Assembly: GCA_016748015.1 (NCBI GenBank)
Contig: JAAOMT010000649.1
Location: forward strand, 64,440 to 128,439
Source of the DNA: Geosiphon pyriformis uo1
Lineage: Eukaryota > Fungi > Glomeromycota
DNA length: 64,000 nt
Direction: 5' to 3'
Shown: piece by piece, positions 1 to 13,200 of the stretch
How the letters are laid out: every line of letters begins with the position of its first letter
Position numbering within the stretch: position 1 is the first letter of the stretch
Made by a program: the position numbers and the translations under genes
The notes under the pieces: model-generated
Told to the model about the DNA's origin: nothing
What the model saw: the letters and a program-made list of their open reading frames with translations, nothing else
Database searches by the model: none

Positions 1-2390
1 GATTTAGAATTAAATATTATTATTTTTATATTATCTACAACTAAATAATTTAATCAAAAAATTTAACAGAACATTATACAAAACAATAGCTAAAATTAGC
101 CAAAAAAACCAGAACAAATAAGATTTGTTTATATTATCAGTATTATTTGCTTATTAGATAATAAAATAAAATATTGTATAAATAACATTATTTGAACTAG
201 TATATAAAAAAACAGCAATATTATCAATTAGAATAGATATCAATACATATTTAATAAAACCAATAACAGAAGCCAACATTTAAGAAACATTGCTAAAAAA
301 AACATATGACTTAATAAAACTCTAAAAAATAAAAAATAAAAAGCAGTTAATAATATACAAAAATCATAAAAAACAAAAATAATAACATAATAATCAATTA
401 CCAAATAAATTGGTCAAATTCAAAATTGAAAACAAAGTATTTTTATATTATATTAAAACAGAAAAACAATAGAATAAAAAGTTTAACTCCAAATAAGATA
501 ATCTATTTTACATCAAAAAAATTCTAAAAAATAGAGCTTATAAATTAAGATAGAATAACAAAATTTTAATCAAAATAGCATATGATAATTGATTGAAATT
601 ATATTACAATATAGTAGTATTATTTATTAATAATATTCTATAACAAAAAACACAAAGAATACTAGTCAAACCAAATAAGATTTTACAAGATTTGGAATTA
701 ATCATAATTATTAAAAAAAATGCAAAAAAGTAGATCAAGTTAATAATATATAAAAACACAATATATATAATAAAAGCAACAGTAAAAGATAAAAATTTCA
801 AATCACATTTACACAATAACACAACAATTATTTTAAGTTATAAATTAATAACAATTAGACATAGAAATAATTATTAATCATTAAACAATTTGTTATAAAA
901 CACAAAAGAAAAAAAAAGAAAAAATCATTTATATTAGCAACCACAAAACTAAACAAATCACTAGTTAAATAAAATTATAGAAAAAATAAAAAACATTTTT
1001 AGAAAAATACTAATTACTATTCCAATTAAAAAATAACTAAGAAAAATTGAAAACTATAGATAAAAAAACTCTAATAGCATATTGCTACTATTAGTTAAAA
1101 CAAAAACTAAATATTTAAAAATTATATATTAACAAATCTAAAAAAATGTTTAATTAAAAACTAGTACAACAAATTAAAAACTTTATTAAAAAAAACAAGT
1201 TCTATACTATACATCAAAACAATTTATTAATTACACACTATATTTTAAGATTATTCAAAAATACTACTATATTTAAACATAAAAACAATAACTATTAACC
1301 AGTAGAGAAAAATAACTAACTTTTAATTCAAAAACATTGTACAAATAAAGTTTGTGAGATATGATGGTAATATTTAGTGTTTTTAATTTGTGTTGAAACT
1401 GTTTTAGTCTTTTGTTTGGTCAGTATTATCAATCTCTGAAGATCTTTTCTGTATCTAAATTTACCTGTAAAGTTCTTTGGTTATAAGACACAAAGTTCTG
1501 CTTTCACATGTTACAACTTTCTGTAGATGTAAACTATCTTCTCTGAGTTAATGAGTACAGTTATTAGGATCTGGTAGTGTCTTTTTGCTCTTTTGGTAAA
1601 CTAACAAAATAATATTAATATCTAATTTTTAGGAGAAGCTTTTCTCTTTTACAAAGCTATCACAAAGTCTATTCTCAGACAGTTAATTTTTTATGTTATT
1701 ACTCCTTAAGAGAGAAAAAAAAAATTTTTAATATTGTTAATTACCATAATCAAGAGTGATTGGTTTAAGTCATTTAAGAATTTGAGGCATTTATGCTCAT
1801 GGCATCTGTTTTGAAGCAATGGTAAAAAACAATGATTAGTTCAATCGAAATGTGAAAATTTGGAGAACATATATTGATAAGTTTAATTTTCAAAGAATTG
1901 TGTTTTTTTTTTTTAATATGAATATGAGATATTGGATATATAATAAAAAGATTATTTTTTTGTTTGTCTTTTTAATTTCTATAACTACACATTTTTATAC
2001 ATTCTTTTTGTTTTATAAAATTGTTTTTGATTGCTTTGTTATTTCTGTTATTGCTTCATTTTTCTATATTATTGTTAGTTATACAATGTTATAGCATATT
2101 ATTCTACATTATTGCTAATTATACTATGTTATAATGTATTATTCTACATTATTGCATTTTATATTATGTTATTCTGAGTTATTATATGTTATCTTGTGTT
2201 CTTTCATGTTATTCTGTATTATTTTGTGTTGTCATGTTTTTGGTCACATTTTTTTCATAACTTTATATTGGTTTTTCTACTCAGATAACAACATAAAAAC
2301 CAGAATTAAACAAATAATATTAGAAAAAAAAGTAATAAACTTAATTTAAAATAAAAATTTCAACAAAACTTAATATTAAAAAAGAAGATA
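1..2390 (+). mobile_element. Degenerate Ty3/Gypsy element (family 1): integrase 3' half and 3' internal region, interrupted by an insertion at 1353-2248
   Basis: From ~27 it reads YYLQLNNLIKKFNRTLYKTIAK, a decayed integrase YHPQxNGLVERFNRTL motif. At ~479 KFNSK*DNLFYI is a decayed KFxPKWxGPF module. It is collinear with 16960-18100, and a purine tract at ~2375-2390 precedes the LTR. Confidence 0.8.
1353..2248. mobile_element. Solo-LTR-like insertion (~896 bp) nested in the family 1 Gypsy
   Basis: Termini TGTGA...TCACA form a 5-bp inverted repeat. It is absent from the collinear copy near 17980-18020 and has short tandem repeats at ~2070-2240. No clean TSD (aagtt vs ttttt). Confidence 0.6.
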
Positions 2391-3141
2391 ATATTATTTA
2401 TAGAAAAAAAATACCAAAAAAAAATAAAAAACAGATTATAAAATAGACCAATAAGAAAATAGTATTTAATAAATAAGTATATTTTCAGAAAATAATATAA
2501 AAATATGTATATATAGTGAAAATATTAAAAGCAAAAAAAACAAAACAGTAACAATTAATTAATAGTTAACAAATATTTTTTTATTAAAAAGATAGTTTTT
2601 TATAACTTAAAATAGAATTATATCTATATTAATAAAATATTTATTATTATCTAATTCATATTATCATTGCTTGATTAAAAAATATTAATTACATTTATAA
2701 TATTAACAACTTATGTTAGTAGAATTCAATATTTAACTATATTAGGCCAATAACTTTTGATTATAGCTATTAATAAAATATTAATTTTTTATTTTTTTTT
2801 ATATTTTTTATATTTTTATTTCTTTTTTATTTATTAATTAATTAAGAAATTAAGTATTAAATAATTGACATAAAAAATAACTTAATAAAAGATCCATAAA
2901 ACAAAATAGAAAACTTAAGAATAGTTTATTAAAAGGACATGACTGTCAGATTAAACCAGTTATTATACTAAAAAAATTTTACAAAAGAAACAACCAGTTT
3001 GAATCTCTGTTTATTATACAAAAAATTTAATCAAAACTTTTAAATTACAAAATCTTCAAAAATTACTATCATTAATAACTATTGAGTACCAAATTACAGA
3101 TTTGTTATTTATTTTAACACTCTAAATAATTATCTGTAACA
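2391..3141 (+). repeat. 3' LTR of Gypsy family 1, copy 1 (start approximate)
   Basis: Follows a polypurine tract, ends in TGTAACA (3135-3141) and aligns with ~18108-18926, which also ends in TGTAACA. Confidence 0.75.
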
Positions 3142-5830
3142 ATGTGTATAATAAGTATAATGTCTTAAAAAAAGATAATTTTTTGATTTTGGTAGGTTTT
3201 TTAATTTAGTTTTTTATTTTGCTATAAGCTTAATAATCAAAAATGCTTTAAAAAAAACAAAAAATTTGGCTAGTGCTTTAAAATATGCAAAAAATTTATA
3301 ATTTAGTAGATTAAATAAATCTGTAAAAATACTTATTAAAGATTAAAATATATTTAAAATTTATGAAATTTTTTAATTATATTTATAATAACTATATTAA
3401 CAAAATTATGACAAATTCTGGCTTAATTAGTAAGTATACAGTTTATAATAATTTGAATTAAAATAAAATGTTACTTTTTTTATATAAAGAATTTTTTATA
3501 ATCTATTTTTATGTAAAGTCTAAGAACATAATTTTTTTTACTTATAAAATTGACTTTAAATATATAATTAGGACCAATAAAATTGAATTTGATACAGAAT
3601 TAATGTTATTTTTAATAGTATATGTTTTTATTAATAATATAATTTGGATTAAATACAGCTATTCAACTATGCAAAATATTTTAAATATTATTAATAAGTT
3701 TTTTAATATTAATAATATAACTATTAACTCAAATAAAACTGTTGCTATATCTATTAATATAAAAACTTTAAAGGTTAATTTAATCATAAATAATTTTACT
3801 ATATTAACTACTAAACCTAATAAGCCTTACAAATATCTAGAAATTTATATATTATTAAAGAATCTTTTAATACTTAATTTAAAAAAAATTAGTTTTAATG
3901 TAAAATTTTATTTAGCAATTGTTTAATAAAAACTATTTTAGATAAACAATTTACATATTTGGTTTCTGCTGTTTTGTATCTTATTTTGTGCTATAAAACA
4001 CAATTTAGTTTTGTTAATAAGCATTTATATACAATATAAAATCTAATTATTAAGCATAATTTAAAGTTCAAAACTGGTTTACCAAAAACTTTTCTAAGTA
4101 ATATAATGTATTATCTTTTATTTTACAATTTTAAGCCTTTTAAACAAGTTTAAATTAAAAATAAAATTGCTTTTATTGTTAATTTTACTAATATTAATAG
4201 TATTTTAAGATGGTTTTTAAATATAAAATTATAGATTTATAAGTTATTGTTTTTAAGTATTATTATAGTTTTTTTGTTTTAGATATTATAAAGATTATTA
4301 AATAATCTAAAATTGTCAAATTTTTAAAATATTTTAAAATAATATTAGTTGAACAATTTTTAAACAGTCTAAAAAAATGTTTTTTTTAGAAAAATTTTTA
4401 TTGTTAAAAATAATTAAATTTTAAGAGTTTTGATTTTTTTAATATTTAAATTTGTACTTTTAGAGAGTTTTGTAAATTTTAACTTATCTTTTTAAGTTTC
4501 TATTAAGTTAAATATATTAAATATACTAGATTTTTTTTAATATTAAATTTAATTTAAAAAAAAATAATTCAGATGTTTTATCAATCTTTACAGATGATTT
4601 TGTTAATAATTTTAGTTTATTTTTTATTGTTGATAATATAACAATATATTTTTTTAGTTTAAATTTAAGTATAAATATACAAGTAAACAGTCTGTTCTTT
4701 TTAGTTTTGACTAAATTATTAGTTTTTATTTTGTTTTTTAAGTGTGTTTTTTTTTTCATGTCAAAATTTTTTCAGATAGCCAAGTTACTATTGATGCTTA
4801 TTATTTTAAATTGTATTTGTTAAAACTCAATCTTTAAAATTTTTACTAAATAAAGTGTTATTATATAATTAATATTATTTATAATAAGAGTTTGTTTATT
4901 AAGTAAATAAAAATAAAGAAATATTTAAAAACTGTAAACAATAAATATACTAATGTTTTAGCAGATCTTACAACTTATTCTGGTTTAATACTTTTCACTA
5001 ATGTGTTTAAAAACTATATAATAGCTGGTAAAAAAACTGTTTTAGATAATATTGTTTAAAAAATCTTATATAAAATAAGTTTTAGTGCCTAATATAATGA
5101 ATTTTTTGTATATTAATAACATTAATTGAGAAGCAATAGTCTTAATATAGCATTTTAACTTATATATAGCAATTGGTTTTACTAACAAATTTATAACAAG
5201 TTTGTATATCTATATTATAAAGACTTTGTATTATAAATTACTAATAGTTATTAAAAAAAACTTTATAATAAACATTATCTTAGTGTTTTTTGTGTACATT
5301 GTAATAAAATTAAATTTTTTAATTATATTTTTGTCTGTTAAAAAAACAAAGTAGTATAATATAGTCTTTTAATTAAATATTCAATTTTATAATACTCTTT
5401 GTTTAATACTAATTTGTTTTTTTTTATTATTTTTTAAGACTTAATTTTAAGTGCTTTTAATATAAATTTGTATATAGTTTTATGTAAAAGTTTTGTGTTT
5501 AAATCATAAATGGTTAAAGTTAAAATGATTTTTAAATATACTAAACAGATTTTTTTTAAAATAATAGATTTTGTGTATAATTTAGTTTTTGGTTATAGAA
5601 AGCAAATTTGGTTGTTTATTTTAAAACTTAGAATAAAGTTAGAAAAATTCTGAATTTTGTTAATAAAAATTTTAGCTCTGGTTAATATCAAAAAACTTTT
5701 TAATTATATCTTAAGTAAAATAATTTTTTTGTTTGATATTAAGTAAATTATGTAATTTATTTAAAAAATAATTTTATTATTTGTTTTTTATTGCTATAAA
5801 TAATATAGTAAGTATTGTAAAGTCTGTATA
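3142..5830 (+). mobile_element. Highly decayed LINE, ORF2 3' part (RT to RNase H to C-terminus)
   Basis: Collinear with ~46290-49130 of the young LINE. For example, ~3235-3305 is a decayed IEDALEKxxxLWLVLQDMxKAYD, ~3625 a decayed FVDDTIW, and ~3735 NSNKTVAISIN. Confidence 0.8.
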
Positions 5831-5877
5831 TTGTAGTTTAAATTAGTTAAATTATTAATTATATATAGTAAATATAT

Positions 5878-6950
5878 TGTTATTAACTAAAATTTAAGAT
5901 ATTAATTAATATAAAATTATTTTTATAATTTTTATTATCAATTAATATATTATTATTTTAATTTATTACTTATTATTTTAGCAAATTATCTAAATTATTA
6001 TTTAATTAATAATTTAATTTGTATTAAACACAAATATAATTAAATTATATAATATATTAAATTATATAACATTAAAAATTTACTAAAATATTTAATAATT
6101 TAACAAAATATTTAACAGTTTATTAAAATAATTTATAATTTACAAAAATATTTTGTTGTTTGACAAAATATATTTTTAGTTTACCAAAATATCAATAAAA
6201 AAAAAGTGTTAAATTATAGAATAATATTATAATAAAAAAAAAGCTTTTTTTTATAAAAATGTATTTTTGTTAGAATTAATCTTTACTTAAGCTTAAAATA
6301 TTTTTGTTATAAATTAATTCAAATAAAACTTATATTAAAAACATAAACTTTTTAAATTATTACTTTGAAACTTATTTCTATATACTAATATTTTAAAATT
6401 AATTAGTTACTAATTTTATTAATTATTAATAATCTTTAAGCTTAAATTCAAAATAACTTTTTTAGTATAATTTTTTATTTTTTTTCTTAATTATAATTTT
6501 TTTCATTATTTTTTTTATATTATTAGATAATTTACAGTCGAAATTTTTTGTAAAAAAATTGACTTTTATAGCAAAGTAACTATATATTAATTAAAAAACT
6601 TATAAATAAGATTTTTTTGTAAAAGAGTTGATTTTTATTGCAAAGTAATTGTATAAGTAATTGATATAAAATTGGCCAGTTTATTATAAATTCAATAGTA
6701 TATATAGTTTAAAATATAAAAAGATATTTTAAAAAAAGAATTAGCTTATTAAAAGTTTACTGACTTTTATTAACAGTAGAATTAACAGTAATATAATATT
6801 AATAATATTAAAAAAAAAGTAAATAAACTTTTAATAATAACATAAATTATGTTTAATTTAAAATTTTAAGTAGTAATATTATATTAAATAATGGTTAAAT
6901 TGTATTTATTAATATTAATATTAATAAAAAAATTACAAGATATTAATATT
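5878..6950 (+). mobile_element. Gypsy family 2, copy A: 5' LTR (5878-6666), PBS-like site (6673) and truncated leader
   Basis: Reverse complement of 16182-16959 and 19388-20140. Termini TGTTA...TGATA, followed by taaaat-TGGCCAG. Confidence 0.75.
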
Positions 6951-7299
6951 ACTTATAAATATTTTAAATATTTTTTAATATTTTTAAAATTTTTATTATT
7001 ATTTATAATATTAATATTTAATTAATTAATTAAAAATATTATTATTATTGTTATTTTTTTATTTAAATAATATTATATACAAAAAAAGTTTGTAAAATTA
7101 TTATAATTTATAAAATAAATTTAAAAATAACAAATTAAATAATATTAAATTAAAAAAATATTTAAGTTAAATTATTTAAATTACTTAAATATAATATAAA
7201 AAGCTAAAAAATATAATTATTATAGTTTAAAATAAATTGTTTATTTTTAATAGGTTTTTAAATAAAATTAGCTGAGAATCTATTAAGATTAAAACTTAA

Positions 7300-7620
7300 A
7301 ATTAATATTAATTTAAATAATACTTTAAGTAAAAATATTTATATTTAATTGTTGGCTTTTTAAAAGTATTAACCAAATTGTATTAAGTCACAAATAAATA
7401 TTAAATAGATAAGTAATATTATTATAAATAATAATATATTAGTGTAATTATGTATAAAATATCTTTTTAAAATAAATTTTTTTTTATAGATTTATGTAAT
7501 TTAGTTTAAATAGGTTTATGTTTGGTTATATGTAAAAAATACATAAATTATTTTTAATTTAAGTTGACTTATTATATTAAATAATAATTGGACTGCAGAT
7601 TAAATAATAATAAAAAATAT
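7300..7620 (+). mobile_element. Probable decayed LINE 3' end/3'UTR
   Basis: 7490-7620 resembles the 3'UTRs at 49130-49267 and 50980-51112 and ends in an A-rich tail. Confidence 0.4.
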
Positions 7621-7999
7621 AATTAATATAATTTTTTTTTACATATTTAATATATATATAATAGATTAACCAGAAATATATTGTTTAAAATATAGGATTG
7701 TTTTAACTAATTTAAATAACTGGTTTATATAAACAAAACATAATCAAATTTTTTTTTATAAAATTGTTAATATTTACAGAAAATAATGTATTGTTTAAAA
7801 AATCTGGTGTAAAAAATTCAGTCATTAACAGCTAAAAAAATAAAATAAAAAAGCTATTTATTTTGAATAAAATACTTTTTTAATTCCGAAAATATAAAAA
7901 AACCAAAATAAGCATGACAAATTTAAAAATTAAAATTGATTTAAGCAAATAATAAAACTTGTATAACATCAGTATATTTAATATAGGGTGTTTAAAAGT

Positions 8000-9113
8000 C
8001 TAAGCTTCCATTATAGATAATTGCTCCTCTGGCAAATTAAACCACTCATCTTTTAAAGCATCATTTGCAGTCGGTCGACTATTAGGATTTTTGTTCATTA
8101 ATTTTTCCTTAAACTGTTTAGCGGATGAAGAAAGTGAAATATGGTTGTAAATTCTAGTATGTTTGAAAAGATTTCCAACCATCCATATNNNNNNNNNNNN
8201 NNNNNNNNNNNNNNNNNNNNNNNNNNNNNNNNNNNNNNNNNNNNNNNNNNNNNNNNNNNNNNNNNNNNNNNNNNNNNNNNNNNNNNNNNNNNNNNNNNNN
8301 NNNNNNNNNNNNNNNNNNNNNNNNNNNNNNNNNNNNNNNNNNNNNNNNNNNNNNNNNNNNNNNNNNNNNNNNNNNNNNNNNNNNNNNNNNNNNNNNNNNN
8401 NNNNNNNNNNNNNNNNNNNNNNNNNNNNNNNNNNNNNNNNNNNNNNNNNNNNNNNNNNNNNNNNNNNNNNNNNNNNNNNNNNNNNNNNNNNNNNNNNNNN
8501 NNNNNNNNNNNNNNNNNNNNNNNNNNNNNNNNNNNNNNNNNNNNNNNNNNNNNNNNNNNNNNNNNNNNNNNNNNNNNNNNNNNNNNNNNNNNNNNNNNNN
8601 NNNNNNNNNNNNNNNNNNNNNNNNNNNNNNNNNNNNNNNNNNNNNNNNNNNNNNNNNNNNNNNNNNNNNNNNNNNNNNNNNNNNNNNNNNNNNNNNNNNN
8701 NNNNNNNNNNNNNNNNNNNNNNNNNNNNNNNNNNNNNNNNNNNNNNNNNNNNNNNNNNNNNNNNNNNNNNNNNNNNNNNNNNNNNNNNNNNNNNNNNNNN
8801 NNNNNNNNNNNNNNNNNNNNNNNNNNATCTTAGTTATTTCCATCAAAGAATTTTGTAGTTTTTGCACCTGCGCCTTCCACTCATTTTTCTCTACTTTTAA
8901 ATCATTTGCTTCTTCTTCCAACTCTTCCTTTTCTTCTGTCCACTTCTTCCTTTGCTTTTCGTCTACATCCTCCTTCTCTCTCAGATTCTTCTTCAACTCT
9001 TCTAATCTATCTCCCTTCTCACCCTTCCTAAACTCCTTCAGCTCCTCCACGCATCTCCTATACTCGGTCTTAGCGTCTCCTAATTCACGTTCGACTCTGT
9101 CGACACTAGCCAT
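8000..9113 (-). CDS. N-terminal coiled-coil protein with a C-terminal protein-kinase tail, split by an assembly gap
   Basis: ATG at 9113 opens ~95 aa of E/K-rich coiled coil. Beyond the gap, 8188-8000 encodes SSSAKQFKEKLMNKNPNSRPTANDALKDEWF (kinase subdomain XI). Joining the two parts into one gene is inferred. Confidence 0.55.
8189..8826. other. Assembly gap (N run)
   Basis: Run of N. Confidence 1.
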
Positions 9114-10279
9114 GGTGTTTTGCGTGTTTGTTATGGTTTGGGAAGATATGGGCCTAATATATGTTTGGTTCGTGTCAATGACGTTTCAGATCTTTGATTT
9201 ATCAGTATTTAGGTAACAAACCCGCTATTGTTCAATTATAACCCTGCCGTATGCCTATATAATATAATTGTTTTTTAATAATTATTGTATTGTGCAATAT
9301 TCATTAAATTATTTTTGTTTTGTTAAAATAACATTCTTATTGTTTTATATATTTAATATTGAATAAAATTCGGTTCATAATTTTAAAATAAAAATAATGG
9401 TAAGTTTTAAAATTGGAAATTAAATATATTTTTAATATTATTTTGCATATATATATGTAACTTTATATTAATTTTAAACTTATGAAATAAAATTTTATAT
9501 ATTTAATTTATAAATAAAACAAATTTAATAATGTTATTTTTTAAGTATTAATTAAATATAATTTAATTAAAACTTAAACTTATATTAAGCTATATAAATT
9601 AAAAAAACTATTTGTTTTTATTTTATATATGTTTTTAGCAACTTTTTATTTAAATACTAATTTAATTTTTATTTTAAACATTATATATTTAAGTTTTAAT
9701 ACTTTATTATTACTTTTATATTTTTACAAAATTATTAATTAATTATTTTTATTTTTATTTTTATTAAATAAATTTATTATTTTTTATTATTTAAAAAACA
9801 TATATTATAGTTTTTATAAATTTTTAAACAATAAAACAATAATATTTAATTTTAAATAAAACTATTTTTAAAAAAGTAAAAAAACAGTTTTTATTTTACA
9901 AGATAATAATTTTTTAACTTAAATTTAATAGCTATTATTAATAATACTATAATTAAAAAAAAGTCAATAAATAGAACTATTTATGGTTTTATAAATAATA
10001 TTTTTACACAAAAATTTAAAGTTTTGGTTAAAAATATTAAAAACTTAGTTAATAAGATAAAATTAATTTTAAAGATACTTTTAAATAATATTTGTATTAA
10101 ATAATTTAAAAACTAATTTTGCAAAAACGATAAATTTTTTTTTAAATATTAATATTAATTAAAAAACAAATAATAAAAGTGAAATTTTTTTATATTTTTA
10201 ATCAAATATTTTAAGACTAAAAAAATAAATACAAATAAATAATAGTTTTTTTATTTTATATTTTATTGCTTTGGTAAGA

Positions 10280-13200
10280 ATCTCTAAATAGTTTTTGATA
10301 TTGTTATAATTTTTGGAATCTATAGTTGTGTGATTTTGTTAATTAGATTGGTAAGTTGTAGTGAGATTGCTGTTGGTGTTAATTTTTTTATTCTAAAAAA
10401 ATTATTAAAATTGATATGTAGTTTTTTAGGTTTGTGATATATAATATATTTGTAGTCTGCTAGGAAATTATTCTATTAAGATTGTTTGGCACTTTGTTCA
10501 AATTTTTTTTTGTTGAGCCATTTGGGCCAATATTGTTAATTATAATGTCAAATTTTTTTTTATTCTTTAGATATTGTTGAAAATGTTTGAGAGCTTAAAT
10601 AACTGTGATAACTTTTAATTCTGTTGAATTATATTTGAGTTCTTTTAGTTTAAGTGTTTTATTGATATGAATGATTACTTATTTATTGCCATTGTTATCT
10701 AATTGTAAAAAAATGACACCAAAAGCTATATATAAAGCATTAATAACTAACTAAAATTGCTTATTAAAGTCTAAATAAGCAAAAATTGGTGTTATTATGA
10801 GTTTTTTTTTAAAAATATTGAATGCAATTTGTTGTGTTGAAGTTTATTGATATTTAACATTTTTGTTAGTAAGATGATTGAAAAGTTTGGCGATTTTCAA
10901 AAATCTTTTGATAAATTTCTGATAGTAAAAAGCTAAGTTAATAAATTTTTTTAGTTCTGTGATATTTTAGAGAATCTTAAAGTTTTTTACAGTACTAACT
11001 GTTCCTAAATTGGGTAACACTTTATCTTTATTAACAATATAACCAAAAAAGATTAAACTTGTTTTTTTAAAGTGATATTTTTTAATGTTTAATTTCAATC
11101 TTGCTTTCCATAATCATTGAAAAACTTTTTATGAATGAATTAAATAAGCTTCAAAGCTTAAAGAGTATACATTAGTGTTATCAAGATAGACAACTATTAA
11201 TTGTCATAAGAGTCTTTTATAAACAATATTCATAAGTCACTAGAATATTGCTGGTATATTACAAAGTTCAAATAATATAATATTGAACTTATAGTTTTTT
11301 TTTGAGTTGTGAATGCTGTTTTGGGATGGTCTTTAGAATTTATTTTAACTTGCCAATATCTACTTTCCAAGTATAATATTGAGAAAAACTTGGCTTTTTT
11401 TTAAGTATTTAACATATTGTCAATTCTTGGAAGTAGATATATATCTCTAATTATAATATTATTTAATTAGTAATAGTTAACACAAAATCTGATTTTTCCA
11501 TTTTTTTTTAACTAAAACTACTAATAAGGCTCAAAAACTTCTTAATAATTGAATTAATCTATTATTGAGCATTCTTTGAACTTTTTTTCTAACAAATTTG
11601 TGGCTAGTAAATAATACTTGATAAGTTTGTTAATGTTTTAGTAAAGCATTTCTTGTGTAAATCTAATGTTGAACAATATCAGTTTTTTTAAAGTTATTGT
11701 TATCTTTGGCAAATATATTAGCATATTTAGTAATTAATTGTTTTAATCATTTTTGTTGTTGGAGTTTTAGAGAACTCATGTTAATTTGAGCTAATTTTTC
11801 TTTAATAAAGTAGTAATTTTTAATAATATTAGTAATATTTAAATTTGAGAATAGGATATGTTTCACAATTTTGATAAAATTAGAGACAATCTAAAGAGTT
11901 TTATCTTGGAAAATGTTGCTATGCATGATTTCAATTTCTAATTTATTTAATAAAACAATAGGGTAATTGTTGAAATTATAGAATATAACTTGAAATTTTT
12001 TTATTCCTTGTGAATATAAATATTTGAAATTAAAATTTTATGCTTTAAGCAAATTTGTTCATTTGACTTAAAGATTTGTTGAGTGATAGTGAGTTTTGAG
12101 CAAATGTAAATTTTGTGATATTTTTCAAAAAATAAAATGGTAATTGGTTGGAGAACTCAAAAAATCTGGTAAGATTTATTTTATGTATTGAAAGCTATGT
12201 TTACTGGAATTGTAAATCATCTAGTTGAACCAAAACTTTGAGTTTCTTTTTTACTTTTTTCCAATTGTTTTCTGTTGTTAATTGATTTTAAATCTAAAAT
12301 GTTAATTAAGAGTAGATAAATGGCTTATGCAATTTTTTCAGCATGCTTTATTTTAAATAATTTCTCAGTTTTATTTTGTAGTATAATAGTAATGTCTTCA
12401 GTGTATTCTGTATCTATAATTCTTTCTTTAATGTTGATTTTTTTGTTTGCTAATGATAATTGGGAAGCAATTTAAATCATTGCTTCTGGTAGCATTTTAA
12501 GAACAATTTTAAGAAATTTTAGTAAAAAACTTTGGTTGAAAGACTAAAGTATTTTTGCCAGAATATTATAGGTTATATTCAGCATCTATTTCGTGGACTT
12601 TTTCTGGCTTGATTCCTTGGCCATTGTTATCAAAATATTTAAGTTATATAACTGGTTGATTTTCAGTAAGATAGATTAAAATTGGTACAATTTTTTTTTC
12701 TAACTTAAGTTTTTCAAACTTGAATTTTTTCTGGTTATTTTTGCTAAACAAAAAAATATTAAGAGCATAGTATTTTAAATACTATTTGTCATTACAAAGC
12801 ATGATGTATTCTTTACATAATTAAATATTTATTTGCTTTAATTGTTAAATTTAAGTTTCTTGAATTGAATAAATGTGGCTTATAATTTGATAGTATGTTT
12901 CTATTTCATTTTCATAGTTAAATCTAGTTAATTTTATTGTGTACTTAATGTATTTAGCTTTTTTTATTTGATAAACATTTTTTTGAGTTCTTTTATTAAT
13001 TAGAATTATAGCCAGTTCATAAATTATCTCAATATTATGTAAATAATAATAAAGTATATTGAGAGTGCTATCATAAGCAGCATTAAATAAGGTTCCTCTT
13101 TTTACTTTTTCAGTAATTGATAAAGCATATTAACAAGTTTAATTACAAACTTTTTTTATTGCAATGTCAATCCAGTTGTATTTTTTTAGTAGTATTTTTT

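Noticed and set aside
604-4759. Short I/F/K/N-rich ORFs (604, 1852, 2134, 3468, 4526; likewise 13431, 14212-14685, 15527, 16261, 40030, 41563)
   Set aside because: Chance ORFs or residual frames within hypermutated transposon relics, not independent genes.
8141-8858. Long plus-strand ORFs of 230-231 aa
   Set aside because: Artefacts of the N run.
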